The notes beneath the pieces were generated by a model, which did no database searches, was not told the DNA's origin, and saw nothing but the letters and a program-made list of their open reading frames with translations. From assembly GCA_044432805.1 (NCBI GenBank), contig JAWXUI010000005.1, forward strand, positions 1-53,995: 53,995 nt of DNA, given 5' to 3'. The position numbers and the translations under genes were made by a program. The stretch is from Mycoplasmatota bacterium (GTDB lineage Bacteria > Bacillota_I > Bacilli_A > RF39 > UBA660). The first letter of the stretch is position 1. The number at the start of each line of letters is the position of its first letter. This document shows positions 9,029 to 18,832 of the stretch, piece by piece.

Positions 9029-10135
9029 ATGAAAAATGTTGTAATAGGTATGAGTGGAGGAGTAGACTCAAGTGTAGCTGCTATCTTATTAAAAAAGCAA
9101 GGATATAATGTAATTGGTTTATTCATGCGTAATTGGGATAGTTCAATAAATAATGATGTAATGGGGAATCCTGATTTTAATAATACGGATATATGTCCAC
9201 AAGAAAAAGATTATAATGATGCACTTAAGGTTTGTCAAAAGTTAGATATACCACTTCATCGTGTCGATTTTATAAAAGAATATTGGGATTATGTATTTTC
9301 TTATTTTTTAGAAGAATTAAAAATAGGAAGAACTCCTAATCCAGATATAATGTGTAATAAATATATCAAATTTGATATGTTTGCAAAAAAAGCAGAAGAA
9401 TTAGGCGCTGATTATATAGCTACTGGTCATTATGCCAGAATAATCGATAATAAATTATATAAAGGTATAGATAGTAATAAAGATCAAACTTATTTCTTAT
9501 CACAAGTTAGTAAAGAGCAATTAAAAAACGTTTTATTTCCTATAGGTGAATTGGAAAAGTCAGAAGTAAGAAAAATTGCTTTAGAATATGATTTAATAAC
9601 AGCTGATAAAAAAGATTCAACAGGCATTTGCTTTATTGGCGAAAGAAACTTTTCAAAATTTTTAAGCAACTATTTACCAAATCAAGAAGGTAATATAATT
9701 AATATTAAAACATCTGAAATTATAGGAAAACATATTGGTTTAATGCATTATACAATTGGACAAAGAAAAGGTTTAAATATAGGTGGTTCAACTGATAAAA
9801 TATTTGTAGTTGGTAAAAATTTAGATAAAAATATTTTATATGTTGATTTTGGAGAAGACTCTAAATATTTATATAGTGACTCTTGTCTAATTGATAACTT
9901 AAATTTACTTACAGATAAAAAAAATGATAAGTGCAGTGCTAAATTTAGATATAGACAACAAGATTGTGAAGTTTTCTTAGAGTATAGCGAAAATGAAATA
10001 TTGGTAAAATATCCAAACAAAGTTAAATCAGTAACGCCAGGACAAGCCTGTGTATTATATGATAATGATGAATGTATTGGTGGAGGAATCATAAAAGAAG
10101 TATATAACGATAATAAAAAACTTGATTATTTATAG
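9029..10135 (+). CDS. mnmA: tRNA 2-thiouridylase
   Basis: GMSGGVDSSV, TPNPDIMCN, ATGHYA, KDQTYFL, DSTGICFIG, TPGQ. Confidence 0.98.
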   Translation: MKNVVIGMSGGVDSSVAAILLKKQGYNVIGLFMRNWDSSINNDVMGNPDFNNTDICPQEKDYNDALKVCQKLDIPLHRVDFIKEYWDYVFSYFLEELKIGRTPNPDIMCNKYIKFDMFAKKAEELGADYIATGHYARIIDNKLYKGIDSNKDQTYFLSQVSKEQLKNVLFPIGELEKSEVRKIALEYDLITADKKDSTGICFIGERNFSKFLSNYLPNQEGNIINIKTSEIIGKHIGLMHYTIGQRKGLNIGGSTDKIFVVGKNLDKNILYVDFGEDSKYLYSDSCLIDNLNLLTDKKNDKCSAKFRYRQQDCEVFLEYSENEILVKYPNKVKSVTPGQACVLYDNDECIGGGIIKEVYNDNKKLDYL

Positions 10136-10150
10136 GATTGGGGTATATTT

Positions 10151-11869
10151 ATGAATATAATTAAAAAAAATATAATTTACTTTGGAATAGTTTTAATTTC
10201 TTTTTTTACATTTAATTATAGTGTATTAGCAAATAGCATTTATGATATTGAAATGGATATTTATATTGATGAAAATGGAGATGCTTTTGTTACAGAAACA
10301 TGGAATACTTATTTAACAACTGGTACAGAAGGATATAGAGCGTTTAGTGATTTAAAAGATTCTAATATAACTAATTTCATAGTTACGGATGATAATAATT
10401 TTACCTATGAATTAGTGTCTTATTGGAACACTTCTAATTCATTTGAAGAAAAGTCATATAAAAATGGATATAACTATATTAGTAATGGCGTTGAATTATG
10501 TTGGGGAATTTCAAATTATGGTTCTAATACATATATTTTAGAATATGAAATATCAAATATAGTAACAAATTATACTGATTATCAAGGAATATATTTTAAT
10601 TTTTTAAATATTTCTCAAAATGTTGATAATGCTAAAATAGTTATACAATCTTATTTTGATCTTTCTTCTGCAAATTCACAAATATGGGCTTTTGGATATG
10701 AAGGAAATATATTATTTGAAGAAAATACAGTTATACTTTCTACAAATAATGGATTAATGTCAAGTGATTATATGGTAGGATTATTAAAGTTTGAAGATAA
10801 TTATTTTAATTCTACTAGTGATTCAACTCAAAGCTTTGATGAAGTATATGAGGAAGCAACATCTCCATCCGTTGAAGATCCAATGACTGTTATGCGCATG
10901 ATTATGTTTGTGATTTTCATATTTTTATCATTCATACCTTATTATGTATTATATTTAATATTCTCTAAATCATTTAAAAAAGGTGGATCATTATCTTTAT
11001 TATCAAAATTAGACTTTTCTCCTAAAGGAAATTGTTTACCAAAAAACAATATAAATTATTGGCGAGAGGTTCCAATGTATGAAGACATTGAATGCCTTTA
11101 CTGGATTGCTAATAAATATAATATTTCTACATATACTCAATTATCATCAAACATTATCGGTGTTTATTTATTAAAATTAGTTTTAGATAAAAAAATAATT
11201 ATTGAAAAAGAATCTACAACATTCTTTTCAAAAAATAAATTTAAAATTTATTTAAAAGCAAAATATACAGAAAAAAATGATTCGGCAAATAGTTTATTAT
11301 TAATTTTAAATAATGTTTTAGGAAATGATAATTATATTTCATCAAAAAAATTAAAAAAATGGTGTAAAAGAAACAGTTCACAAATTATGAATTGGAATCA
11401 AAAAATACTATTAAATGCTCAATTAAAATTAGAACAAAAAAATATGATTACTACTCATACTATCGAGAAAGTAAAACTATTACATATTACGCAAAAAGTT
11501 AGCAAAGTAAGCGTGGATGTATATGATGAAGCATTGAAATTATTAGGGTTAAAGAAATTTTTAGATGAAATTAGTTTAATAAAAGATAAATCATATATTG
11601 AAGTTCATATGTGGGAAAAATATTTGATTGTAGCACAGTTACTTGGTGTTGCTGATAAAGTTGAAAAAGAATTTTCTTCTTTATACCCTAACTATTTTGA
11701 AAATAGTGGAATACAAGAGTCAGTTAGAAGTGTTAGTTATGTAAGTGATTTTACATATCATAGCTATCACGTTAGCCAATCATCTTCTAGTTCTTCTGGG
11801 AGTGGAGGTTCATCTAGTAGAAGCGGTGGAGGTTCTTCACGAGGTTCTTCTGGCGGTGGATTTAGATAA
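10151..11869 (+). CDS. DUF2207-family membrane protein, copy 1
   Basis: Signal peptide, 'DIYIDENGDAFVTETW' N-domain, TM helix, 'GLKKFL...WEKYLIVAQLLGVADKV' and Ser/Gly tail ending GGGFR. Confidence 0.88.
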   Translation: MNIIKKNIIYFGIVLISFFTFNYSVLANSIYDIEMDIYIDENGDAFVTETWNTYLTTGTEGYRAFSDLKDSNITNFIVTDDNNFTYELVSYWNTSNSFEEKSYKNGYNYISNGVELCWGISNYGSNTYILEYEISNIVTNYTDYQGIYFNFLNISQNVDNAKIVIQSYFDLSSANSQIWAFGYEGNILFEENTVILSTNNGLMSSDYMVGLLKFEDNYFNSTSDSTQSFDEVYEEATSPSVEDPMTVMRMIMFVIFIFLSFIPYYVLYLIFSKSFKKGGSLSLLSKLDFSPKGNCLPKNNINYWREVPMYEDIECLYWIANKYNISTYTQLSSNIIGVYLLKLVLDKKIIIEKESTTFFSKNKFKIYLKAKYTEKNDSANSLLLILNNVLGNDNYISSKKLKKWCKRNSSQIMNWNQKILLNAQLKLEQKNMITTHTIEKVKLLHITQKVSKVSVDVYDEALKLLGLKKFLDEISLIKDKSYIEVHMWEKYLIVAQLLGVADKVEKEFSSLYPNYFENSGIQESVRSVSYVSDFTYHSYHVSQSSSSSSGSGGSSSRSGGGSSRGSSGGGFR

Positions 11870-11897
11870 AAAAATTATTTGTAGGATTGGGGTATTT

Positions 11898-13652
11898 ATG
11901 AACATAATTAAAAAAAATATAATTTACTTTGGATTAATTTTAATTTCTTTTTTTACATTTAATGATAATGTATTAGCTAATAGCATTTATGATATTGAAA
12001 TGAATATTTATATTGATGAATTTGGAGATGCATATATTACAGAAACATGGAATACTTATTTAACTTCTGGAAATGAAGGATATAGGTCTTTTAGTGACTT
12101 AGGTGATTCACAAGTAATTGATTTTATAGTTACAGATGGTAATGGTACTACTTATACTTTTGAATCATATTGGGATCACAATATTACTTTTAATACTAAA
12201 GCATATAAAAATGGATATAACTATACAGATACTGGTATTGAATTGTGTTGGGGAATTTCTAATTATGGCAATAATACTTATATTCTAGAATATAAAATAT
12301 CAAATTTAATTACAAATTATACTGATTATCAAGGAATATATTTTAATTTTTTAAACATTTCTCAAAATATTGATAATGTTAATATTGTAATTACATCTTA
12401 TTTTGACTTGAATTCTTCTAACACACAAATATGGGGATTTGGATATGAAGGAGATATTTTATTTGAAAATAATACTGTTACTCTTTCAACTACTTCTGGA
12501 TTAGAAGAAGAAGATTATATGGTTGGATTATTAAAATTTGAAGATGATTATTTTAACACTACTAGTTCGTCAAATAAAAGTTTTGATGAAATATATGATG
12601 AAACATATGACGAATCAACAACAACTTTTTTAGAAATAATTTTAGAACCAGAATTATTAACTAAAGCATTTACTATAATAATGGGTGGTTTTTGTGTATA
12701 CCTAATGATTTCATTAATCTTTATAGAAATAAGAAAAAGTAGTTTTCAAAAAACAAAAATTAAAACTAGATTAGATTTTTCTACTAAAGGAAATATTTTA
12801 CCTAAAAATACTATCAATTATTATAGAGAGATACCGATGGAAGAAGATATAGAATGCCTATATTGGATTGCTAACAAATATTTTATTTCTACATCTAACG
12901 AATTAAGATCAAACATTATGGGAGTTTATTTACTTAAATTAATTTTAAATAAAAAAATAACAATAGAAAATAACAGTTCAAAAAAATTATTTTCAAACAA
13001 AGAAGAATTTACAATATATTTTAAATCAAAAAATACTGATAAAAAAGATGTTGAAAATAATCTGTTATCGTTGTTAATTAGCGCGTCTGGATACAATGAA
13101 TTTACAACGTCAACTTCCCTGAAGTTGTGGTGTGAAGATAATTATGATCTACTAGAGGAATGGTATCAAAGCGTACTATATAGTGGACAACAAAAGTTAG
13201 AACAAAAGAAAATGATTACAATATATACAAAAGAAAGTAAAAGTATTTTTAGAACAATTAAAATAATATGTAAAGTATCGTCTCAATTATATGACGAAGC
13301 TTTAAAATTAGCTGGATTAAAGAAATTTTTAAGTGAAATAAGTTTGATAAACGATAAGTCATATATTGATGTTCATTTGTGGGAAAAATATTTAATAATT
13401 GCTCAGTTACTTGGTGTTGCAGATAAAGTAGAAAAAGAATTTTCTTCTATATACCCAAATTATTTCGAAAATCAAAGTATAGACAATTCAATTAGAAATG
13501 TTGAAACTGTAAGTAAATTTGCACATAAACCACTTTATTCAAAAACAACATCTAAATCTTCTTCATATAAAATTTCTAGTGGTTCTGGAGGATCATCTAG
13601 TAGGAGTGGTGGAAGTTCTTCACGAGGTTCATCTGGAGGCGGATTTAGATAA
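11898..13652 (+). CDS. DUF2207-family membrane protein, copy 2 (tandem paralog)
   Basis: Colinear with copy 1 from MNIIKKNIIYFG. The true start is 11898 rather than 11745, judged by the duplicated leader and RBS. Confidence 0.88.
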   Translation: MNIIKKNIIYFGLILISFFTFNDNVLANSIYDIEMNIYIDEFGDAYITETWNTYLTSGNEGYRSFSDLGDSQVIDFIVTDGNGTTYTFESYWDHNITFNTKAYKNGYNYTDTGIELCWGISNYGNNTYILEYKISNLITNYTDYQGIYFNFLNISQNIDNVNIVITSYFDLNSSNTQIWGFGYEGDILFENNTVTLSTTSGLEEEDYMVGLLKFEDDYFNTTSSSNKSFDEIYDETYDESTTTFLEIILEPELLTKAFTIIMGGFCVYLMISLIFIEIRKSSFQKTKIKTRLDFSTKGNILPKNTINYYREIPMEEDIECLYWIANKYFISTSNELRSNIMGVYLLKLILNKKITIENNSSKKLFSNKEEFTIYFKSKNTDKKDVENNLLSLLISASGYNEFTTSTSLKLWCEDNYDLLEEWYQSVLYSGQQKLEQKKMITIYTKESKSIFRTIKIICKVSSQLYDEALKLAGLKKFLSEISLINDKSYIDVHLWEKYLIIAQLLGVADKVEKEFSSIYPNYFENQSIDNSIRNVETVSKFAHKPLYSKTTSKSSSYKISSGSGGSSSRSGGSSSRGSSGGGFR

Positions 13653-13752
13653 TAAAAAAAAGAATATAATGTTCTTTTTTTATAAAGTGTAACTATACTT
13701 TTACTTGACAATTTTACAAATAATGATAAAATTATTATAGGAGGTCTAACAT

Positions 13753-14529
13753 ATGAAAAGATTAAATGAACTATTACATGAATTAGGAATATCTAAAGTA
13801 AAATTAGCTAAATTTTTAGGCGTTTCTAGACAAATGGTTTATAACTATTTAGAATTAGATGATATTAATAAATTACCAAAGGATAAAAAGGTTTTACTGT
13901 TAAACTTATTAGGGGTAAAGACAGTAGATGAAATAAAAAAAATAAAGGTAAATACTGACTATATAATGGATGTAGAAACACGTTTAAATAGCCTAATTAT
14001 TCCAACAAAAACATCTAGTGTAAACAGCGGGGATTTATTTACAAATATAAGTGAAAAAAACAAAATATTATTGATTAATATTTTAGAGTTATTAAAAGAT
14101 AATTTAGAGGACGATAGAGAAGGGGAGAAGGTATTAAAGTATCTTTATCACTATTTACAAGCTATGGACTCTACTGTTGAATTAAAATATGTACTCGCCT
14201 ACTTTTCTAAGGCTACAGGATTTGTTAAGCCACTAGAATTTGCATTTGATGAAGATCAACAATTTATCTTTGAAAGCATTTTATTTTCAGCTATGACTTT
14301 ATATAATAATGGAACAGTTTCTAAATCTAGAATTGCAGAATCACACAAAAGATTTGTAAACTATATAGATCAAAAAATTGAAGAAAAATTAAGTCGTACA
14401 GTTGAATTAAATAAAGTTAAAACTCAAGCTTTAAAAGAATTAAATATATCAGAAGTAAATGAAAATAACTTATCAGAAGTGTTAGAAAAAATGGTAGAAA
14501 TAGAATCAAGAAAGATATTAGATAAATAA
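13753..14529 (+). CDS. XRE/Cro-like HTH protein with an uncharacterised helical C-terminal domain
   Basis: ISKVKLAKFLGVSRQMVYNYL helix-turn-helix; GGAGG RBS; upstream TTGACA-N16-TAAAAT. Confidence 0.75.
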   Translation: MKRLNELLHELGISKVKLAKFLGVSRQMVYNYLELDDINKLPKDKKVLLLNLLGVKTVDEIKKIKVNTDYIMDVETRLNSLIIPTKTSSVNSGDLFTNISEKNKILLINILELLKDNLEDDREGEKVLKYLYHYLQAMDSTVELKYVLAYFSKATGFVKPLEFAFDEDQQFIFESILFSAMTLYNNGTVSKSRIAESHKRFVNYIDQKIEEKLSRTVELNKVKTQALKELNISEVNENNLSEVLEKMVEIESRKILDK

Positions 14530-14555
14530 CTATATCTTTTTTATATTATAATAAA

Positions 14556-14583
14556 CATTCGCATAATATATATTATGTTAACT
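14556..14583. other. dif: dif site (Xer chromosome-dimer resolution site)
   Basis: CATTCGCATAA-TATATA-TTATGTTAACT in 11-6-11 layout. Compare E. coli GGTGCGCATAA-TGTATA-TTATGTTAAAT and B. subtilis ACTTCCTAGAA-TATATA-TTATGTAAACT. Intergenic, close to the gene-orientation switch and to xerD. Confidence 0.9.
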
Positions 14584-14648
14584 TCTTTAAATTTATATAA
14601 AATTGAATATATTATTATTTTTTGTAAATGTTATTAAAGGGTGAAAAA

Positions 14649-14834
14649 ATGAACAATAATTATAATAATAGAAATTGTAATAAGGTTAATGATTGTAAAA
14701 ATCAAGTAATTGATTGTAATAATGTTAATTCAAAATATAATAATAATGTAAATGATTCAAATGATATTGGTTTTAATAATTCTAAATCATTTAAATTAGA
14801 TAAAAACGACAATCATTCATTTAAAATGAACTAA
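14649..14834 (+). CDS. Small Asn-rich hypothetical protein, 61 aa
   Basis: AAGGGTGA RBS before the ATG at 14649; repeated V[NI]D[CS] and SFK[LM] units; a hairpin follows the stop. Confidence 0.55.
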   Translation: MNNNYNNRNCNKVNDCKNQVIDCNNVNSKYNNNVNDSNDIGFNNSKSFKLDKNDNHSFKMN

Positions 14835-14907
14835 GAAGCTAATTGCTTCTTTTTTATTGACAAACATATTATATATGTTATGATACTTTAGTAAATTAGG
14901 TGATGTA

Positions 14908-15765
14908 ATGAGACAAGGACAAACAATTGATGATATTGAATTTTTTGTATCTAAATTAAAAATTAAAAGAAGTGGTATTGATTTTTCATATTTTAAAGAT
15001 AGACTTTCTACTTTAAATATTTTTTTTTCTAACTACTCTACTTATTTTATAGAAAATTTAGAAATTCCTTTAGAGTACTCTTTAGGATTTTTTCAACCTG
15101 ATACTAACAATATTAATTTATATTTAAGATATGATAAAGCTAGTTTATATCATGAATTATTTCATCTTCTATCCTCCCCTATTTATTGTGAAGAAAATAA
15201 AAAGATTATTAAATCTGGATTTGCGATTAAAGATTATGAAAGGCGTATCTTTACTTTTGAAAATTTTAATGAAGGATATACTGAATATTTAACTCGTAAG
15301 TATTTTACTAGGAATGTAGAAGTATGTTCAAGTTATGGAATATTTGTATTTTTAGCTGGAGAAGTTAATAATTTGGTTGGTAGTAAACAAATGGAAGAAT
15401 GGTATTCAACGGCTGATCTTGAAAGTTTAATTAATGAATTATCTAATTTTATTCCATTAGATGAAGTTAAAAAGTTATTAAGTAGTTTTGATAAATTAAT
15501 AGATAGTGATGGTCATTTTGATCATGTTGTATTTGATGAAATTTTAAAATTAATTGAAAAAGCAAAGAGTGTTAAAGAAAATATTGAAATAAAAGATTCA
15601 ACTTATTATGAAGATAAGAAAAAAGCATTTTATTCTTTAGCAAAAAACAAATATTCTTTATTTAAATTTAGCGCTGCATATACGCTGCAGATACAAAATT
15701 TAAAATTTTATAAAGCATTTCATTTAGAAAAAATAATACCAGCAAAAAGAAAAAAGTATTTTTAA
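14908..15765 (+). CDS. Putative gluzincin-type zinc metallopeptidase
   Basis: HELFH (HExxH) plus downstream NEGYTE third-ligand motif; upstream TTGACA-N16-TATGAT promoter. Confidence 0.7.
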   Translation: MRQGQTIDDIEFFVSKLKIKRSGIDFSYFKDRLSTLNIFFSNYSTYFIENLEIPLEYSLGFFQPDTNNINLYLRYDKASLYHELFHLLSSPIYCEENKKIIKSGFAIKDYERRIFTFENFNEGYTEYLTRKYFTRNVEVCSSYGIFVFLAGEVNNLVGSKQMEEWYSTADLESLINELSNFIPLDEVKKLLSSFDKLIDSDGHFDHVVFDEILKLIEKAKSVKENIEIKDSTYYEDKKKAFYSLAKNKYSLFKFSAAYTLQIQNLKFYKAFHLEKIIPAKRKKYF

Positions 15766-15778
15766 ATAAATACTTTTT
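15751..15778. terminator. Bidirectional terminator at a convergent junction
   Basis: AAAAAGTATTT-TTAAAT-AAATACTTTTT. Confidence 0.55.
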
Positions 15779-16027
15779 TTATGATTTAATTGTTATTATT
15801 TCTTCTAAAGCTTTCGCTAATTGATCTGGACATGAAGTACTTCTCATACCACATTTAGTACCTTTAAATTTATCTATTACTTCCCTAGCGTCCATTCCAA
15901 TAACTAATTTAGATATACCTAATAAGTTACCTGGACAACCACCTGTAAAAGAAACTTTTTTAATAATATTATCCTCTACTTCAATATCTATTTTTTTACT
16001 ACAAACTCCTGTTGGTATATATTCCAT
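15779..16027 (-). CDS. TSCPD-domain protein (TIGR03905 family)
   Basis: GVCS...FTGGCPGNL...CGMRSTSCPDQLA. Confidence 0.93.
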   Translation of the reverse strand: MEYIPTGVCSKKIDIEVEDNIIKKVSFTGGCPGNLLGISKLVIGMDAREVIDKFKGTKCGMRSTSCPDQLAKALEEIITIKS

Positions 16028-16037
16028 AATATCACTC

Positions 16038-17195
16038 CTATTTAATTTTATCTAAAAAACTATCGCCTGGTAAATCATTTTCTATATTAAAATTATCTAA
16101 TATAGTTTTTCCAATATCGCTAAAAGTTTTTAAATCTTCTATTTTTCCAAATTTTTGGAAATATTGATTATACATCAATACCGGTATTTGTTCTCTTGTA
16201 TGATCTGTTCCTTTAAATGTCGGGTCATTACCATGATCGGCTGTTAAAATAAGTAAATCATTTTCTCCTACCCTACTTAATAATTCATCTAAATTATCAT
16301 CAAATTGTTTTAAACAATTTAAATACCCAATAGGATTTCTTCTGTGTCCATATAATGAATCAAAATCGTTTAAATTAGCAAAACATAATCCTTCAAAATC
16401 AGAATCTAATGTATCAATAATTTTTAAAATTCCATCCATATTATTTTTTGTTTTAATAGTTTCAGTTATTCCATTATTATTAAAAACATCTGCAATTTTA
16501 CCTATTGATATCACATCAAGAAAGTTTTCTTTTAAATAGTCTAATACTGTATCTGATGCTGGATCAAGTGCGTAATCATGTCTGTTTTCAGTACGTTTAA
16601 AGTCATTGTTTTTTCCAATAAATGGTCTTGCAATAATTCTTCCAACTTTATATTTACCTTCTTTAGTAAGTTCTCTTACTTTACTACATATATCATATAA
16701 TTCTTCTAAAGGCACTACTTCTTCATGTGCCGCTATTTGTAAAACAGAATCTGCTGAAGTATATACAATTATAGAACCTGTTTTCATGTGTTCTTCACCT
16801 AAATTTTTAATGATTTCTGTACCGGATGCATTGATATTTCCGATTACTTTTCTATTAGAAATTTCTTCTATTTTTTCTATTAACTCATTTGGAAAACCAT
16901 CAAGATAAGTGATAAAAGGTTTTTTTGTAATAACTCCCATCATCTCTAAATGTCCTGTTAAGGTGTCTTTACCATTAGAAACTTCATTTGCAACAGTATA
17001 AATACTATTGGCATTTTCTTTTTCACCAATTAAATTTAAAAATCCTAATTTTTTTAAATTTGGTAATTCTATATTATCAGCATTTACAGTATGTAATAAA
17101 GTATTAGCGCCTTTGTCATTAAACTTATCTGCATCGTGTGCGTTTCCAACTCCTACTGAATCTAAAACGACTAAAAATATTCTTCTGTATTTCAT
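16038..17195 (-). CDS. deoB: Phosphopentomutase
   Basis: LDSVGVG, GKDTLTGH, YTSADSV, GHRRN, TADHGNDP, TDHTRE. Confidence 0.97.
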   Translation of the reverse strand: MKYRRIFLVVLDSVGVGNAHDADKFNDKGANTLLHTVNADNIELPNLKKLGFLNLIGEKENANSIYTVANEVSNGKDTLTGHLEMMGVITKKPFITYLDGFPNELIEKIEEISNRKVIGNINASGTEIIKNLGEEHMKTGSIIVYTSADSVLQIAAHEEVVPLEELYDICSKVRELTKEGKYKVGRIIARPFIGKNNDFKRTENRHDYALDPASDTVLDYLKENFLDVISIGKIADVFNNNGITETIKTKNNMDGILKIIDTLDSDFEGLCFANLNDFDSLYGHRRNPIGYLNCLKQFDDNLDELLSRVGENDLLILTADHGNDPTFKGTDHTREQIPVLMYNQYFQKFGKIEDLKTFSDIGKTILDNFNIENDLPGDSFLDKIK

Positions 17196-17196
17196 A

Positions 17197-18066
17197 TTAT
17201 TCTCCTTTATTATGTGGATGTAAGCTATAGCTATCCACTAGATGTTCTTTTGAAACATGTGTATATATTTGTGTTGTTGAAATAAAACTATGTCCTAACA
17301 TCTCTTGTATTGTTCTTAAATCAGCACCATAATCTAATAGATGTGTCGCAAATGAATGCCTTAATACGTGTGGTGATATTTCTTTTAAGTTTTTTTCTTT
17401 TGTTAACTTTTTTAATATTTTAAAAAATCCTTGTCTGCTTATTTGTTTGCCATGGTTATTTAAAAATAAATAATCACACATATATCCTTTTAACATATAT
17501 TGACGAATGTTTAAATAGTCACTTATTGCATCTATAGCGTATTCTCCAATTGGAATTATTCTAAATTTATCACCTTTACCAATTACTTTAACACTTTTAT
17601 TTTCCATATCAACGTCATTAGGCATTAAATTAATTAGTTCTGATACTCTAAGACCAGATGCATACATTAACTCGAGCATTGCCTTGTTTCTAATGTTAAA
17701 ATGGCTATTACTTTCAATATCTAATAATATAGCTACATCTTCTATTGATAGAATATCTGGAATGTGTTTTTTTGTTTTTGCCAATTCTAAGCTAGATGTA
17801 ATATTATTTGATATAATCCCTTCAATTAATAAATATTTATAAAAACTTTTTATAATACTTATAAAGTGATTAATGCTTATAGATTGATTTGTTTTTTTTA
17901 AATGATAAATATATTGCATTAAATCATCTTGTGTTATAAAATTAATATCTTTTTTTATATATTTATCAAATTGAACAAGAGATAATTTATAAGAACTTAT
18001 AGTATGAATACTGTATCCTTTATCAATTTGTAAATAATCAAGAAAATCAGCTATATAGTCCGACAT
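17197..18066 (-). CDS. xerD: Site-specific tyrosine recombinase, XerD-like
   Basis: YASGLRVSEL, GKGDK, SPHVLRHSFATH, MLGH, TTQIYTHV; xerD-deoB order as in Bacillus. Confidence 0.9.
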   Translation of the reverse strand: MSDYIADFLDYLQIDKGYSIHTISSYKLSLVQFDKYIKKDINFITQDDLMQYIYHLKKTNQSISINHFISIIKSFYKYLLIEGIISNNITSSLELAKTKKHIPDILSIEDVAILLDIESNSHFNIRNKAMLELMYASGLRVSELINLMPNDVDMENKSVKVIGKGDKFRIIPIGEYAIDAISDYLNIRQYMLKGYMCDYLFLNNHGKQISRQGFFKILKKLTKEKNLKEISPHVLRHSFATHLLDYGADLRTIQEMLGHSFISTTQIYTHVSKEHLVDSYSLHPHNKGE

Positions 18067-18128
18067 ATTATCACCTATATAAATTATATCATATTTATAC
18101 TATATAAGCATTTAAATAAATATTTATA

Positions 18129-18704
18129 TTATTGTTGTGATAATTTTTCACGTTTTCTCTTTTTTGATACTTTTCTTTTTTCTATTAACGATAAAATGAA
18201 CAAGATAAATATAATATCAGTCATAAGAGGTATACTTATTAATTCAATATCATTTGAAAGTAAAGGTACTAAAATTAATGTGAAAATAATAATTAATATC
18301 GTATTTGCTAAAAATTTTGTTATTTTATTTTTACTATTAGTAATTCTAATTGAGTTATATATGCTAAGATAAAAATGATTTGCATATATAAGACAATAAA
18401 GAGCACCTAATATTGCCATCATTGTATATGATATGCTTTCTAAATTATACAAATATATAAATGACCCCATAATTAAAAAGTGAGATATTATTGATACAGT
18501 AAGCAAGAATAATTCCTTTTTTGTTTTTTTTGTTTCAAACGATAATGATGAGCATAAGCAAATAAGTGATCCTAAAAGCATAATAATTGCCATTGGAAGA
18601 ATTATTAACGACATTAAATTTGATAAGTTTGTACATAGTAAAACTATAAAAATAAAATAAGTAACAATACATATTGTTTTTATTTGTTTTGAAATGTTTT
18701 TCAT
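18129..18704 (-). CDS. Hypothetical polytopic membrane protein
   Basis: About 6 hydrophobic segments and a basic C-terminal tail. Confidence 0.6.
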   Translation of the reverse strand: MKNISKQIKTICIVTYFIFIVLLCTNLSNLMSLIILPMAIIMLLGSLICLCSSLSFETKKTKKELFLLTVSIISHFLIMGSFIYLYNLESISYTMMAILGALYCLIYANHFYLSIYNSIRITNSKNKITKFLANTILIIIFTLILVPLLSNDIELISIPLMTDIIFILFILSLIEKRKVSKKRKREKLSQQ

Positions 18705-18832
18705 TTTAAATACACCATCCTAGTATCATAATATCATATATATATTTATTAAATCAAAGAAAATTTATTTTTTTAAAAAAAATTTTTATTTTTATTAATT
18801 ATTTGGTAGAATATATAACAGGAGTGATAATT

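Noticed and set aside
11745-11897. N-terminal extension of the second DUF2207 ORF in the ORF track
   Set aside because: It overlaps the first copy out of frame; paralogy and the RBS place the start at 11898.
10151-13652. Diversity-generating retroelement template/variable repeat pair
   Set aside because: Similarity spans whole genes, differences are not adenine-specific, and no reverse transcriptase is in the window.
14859-14888. Second dif-like site suggesting an element integrated at dif
   Set aside because: Only the TATATA core matches; the right arm is out of register and the segment is explained as a promoter spacer and -10 box.
17197-18066. Tyrosine recombinase as a prophage or ICE integrase
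   Set aside because: Size, motifs, xerD-deoB synteny and the nearby dif site indicate chromosomal XerD.
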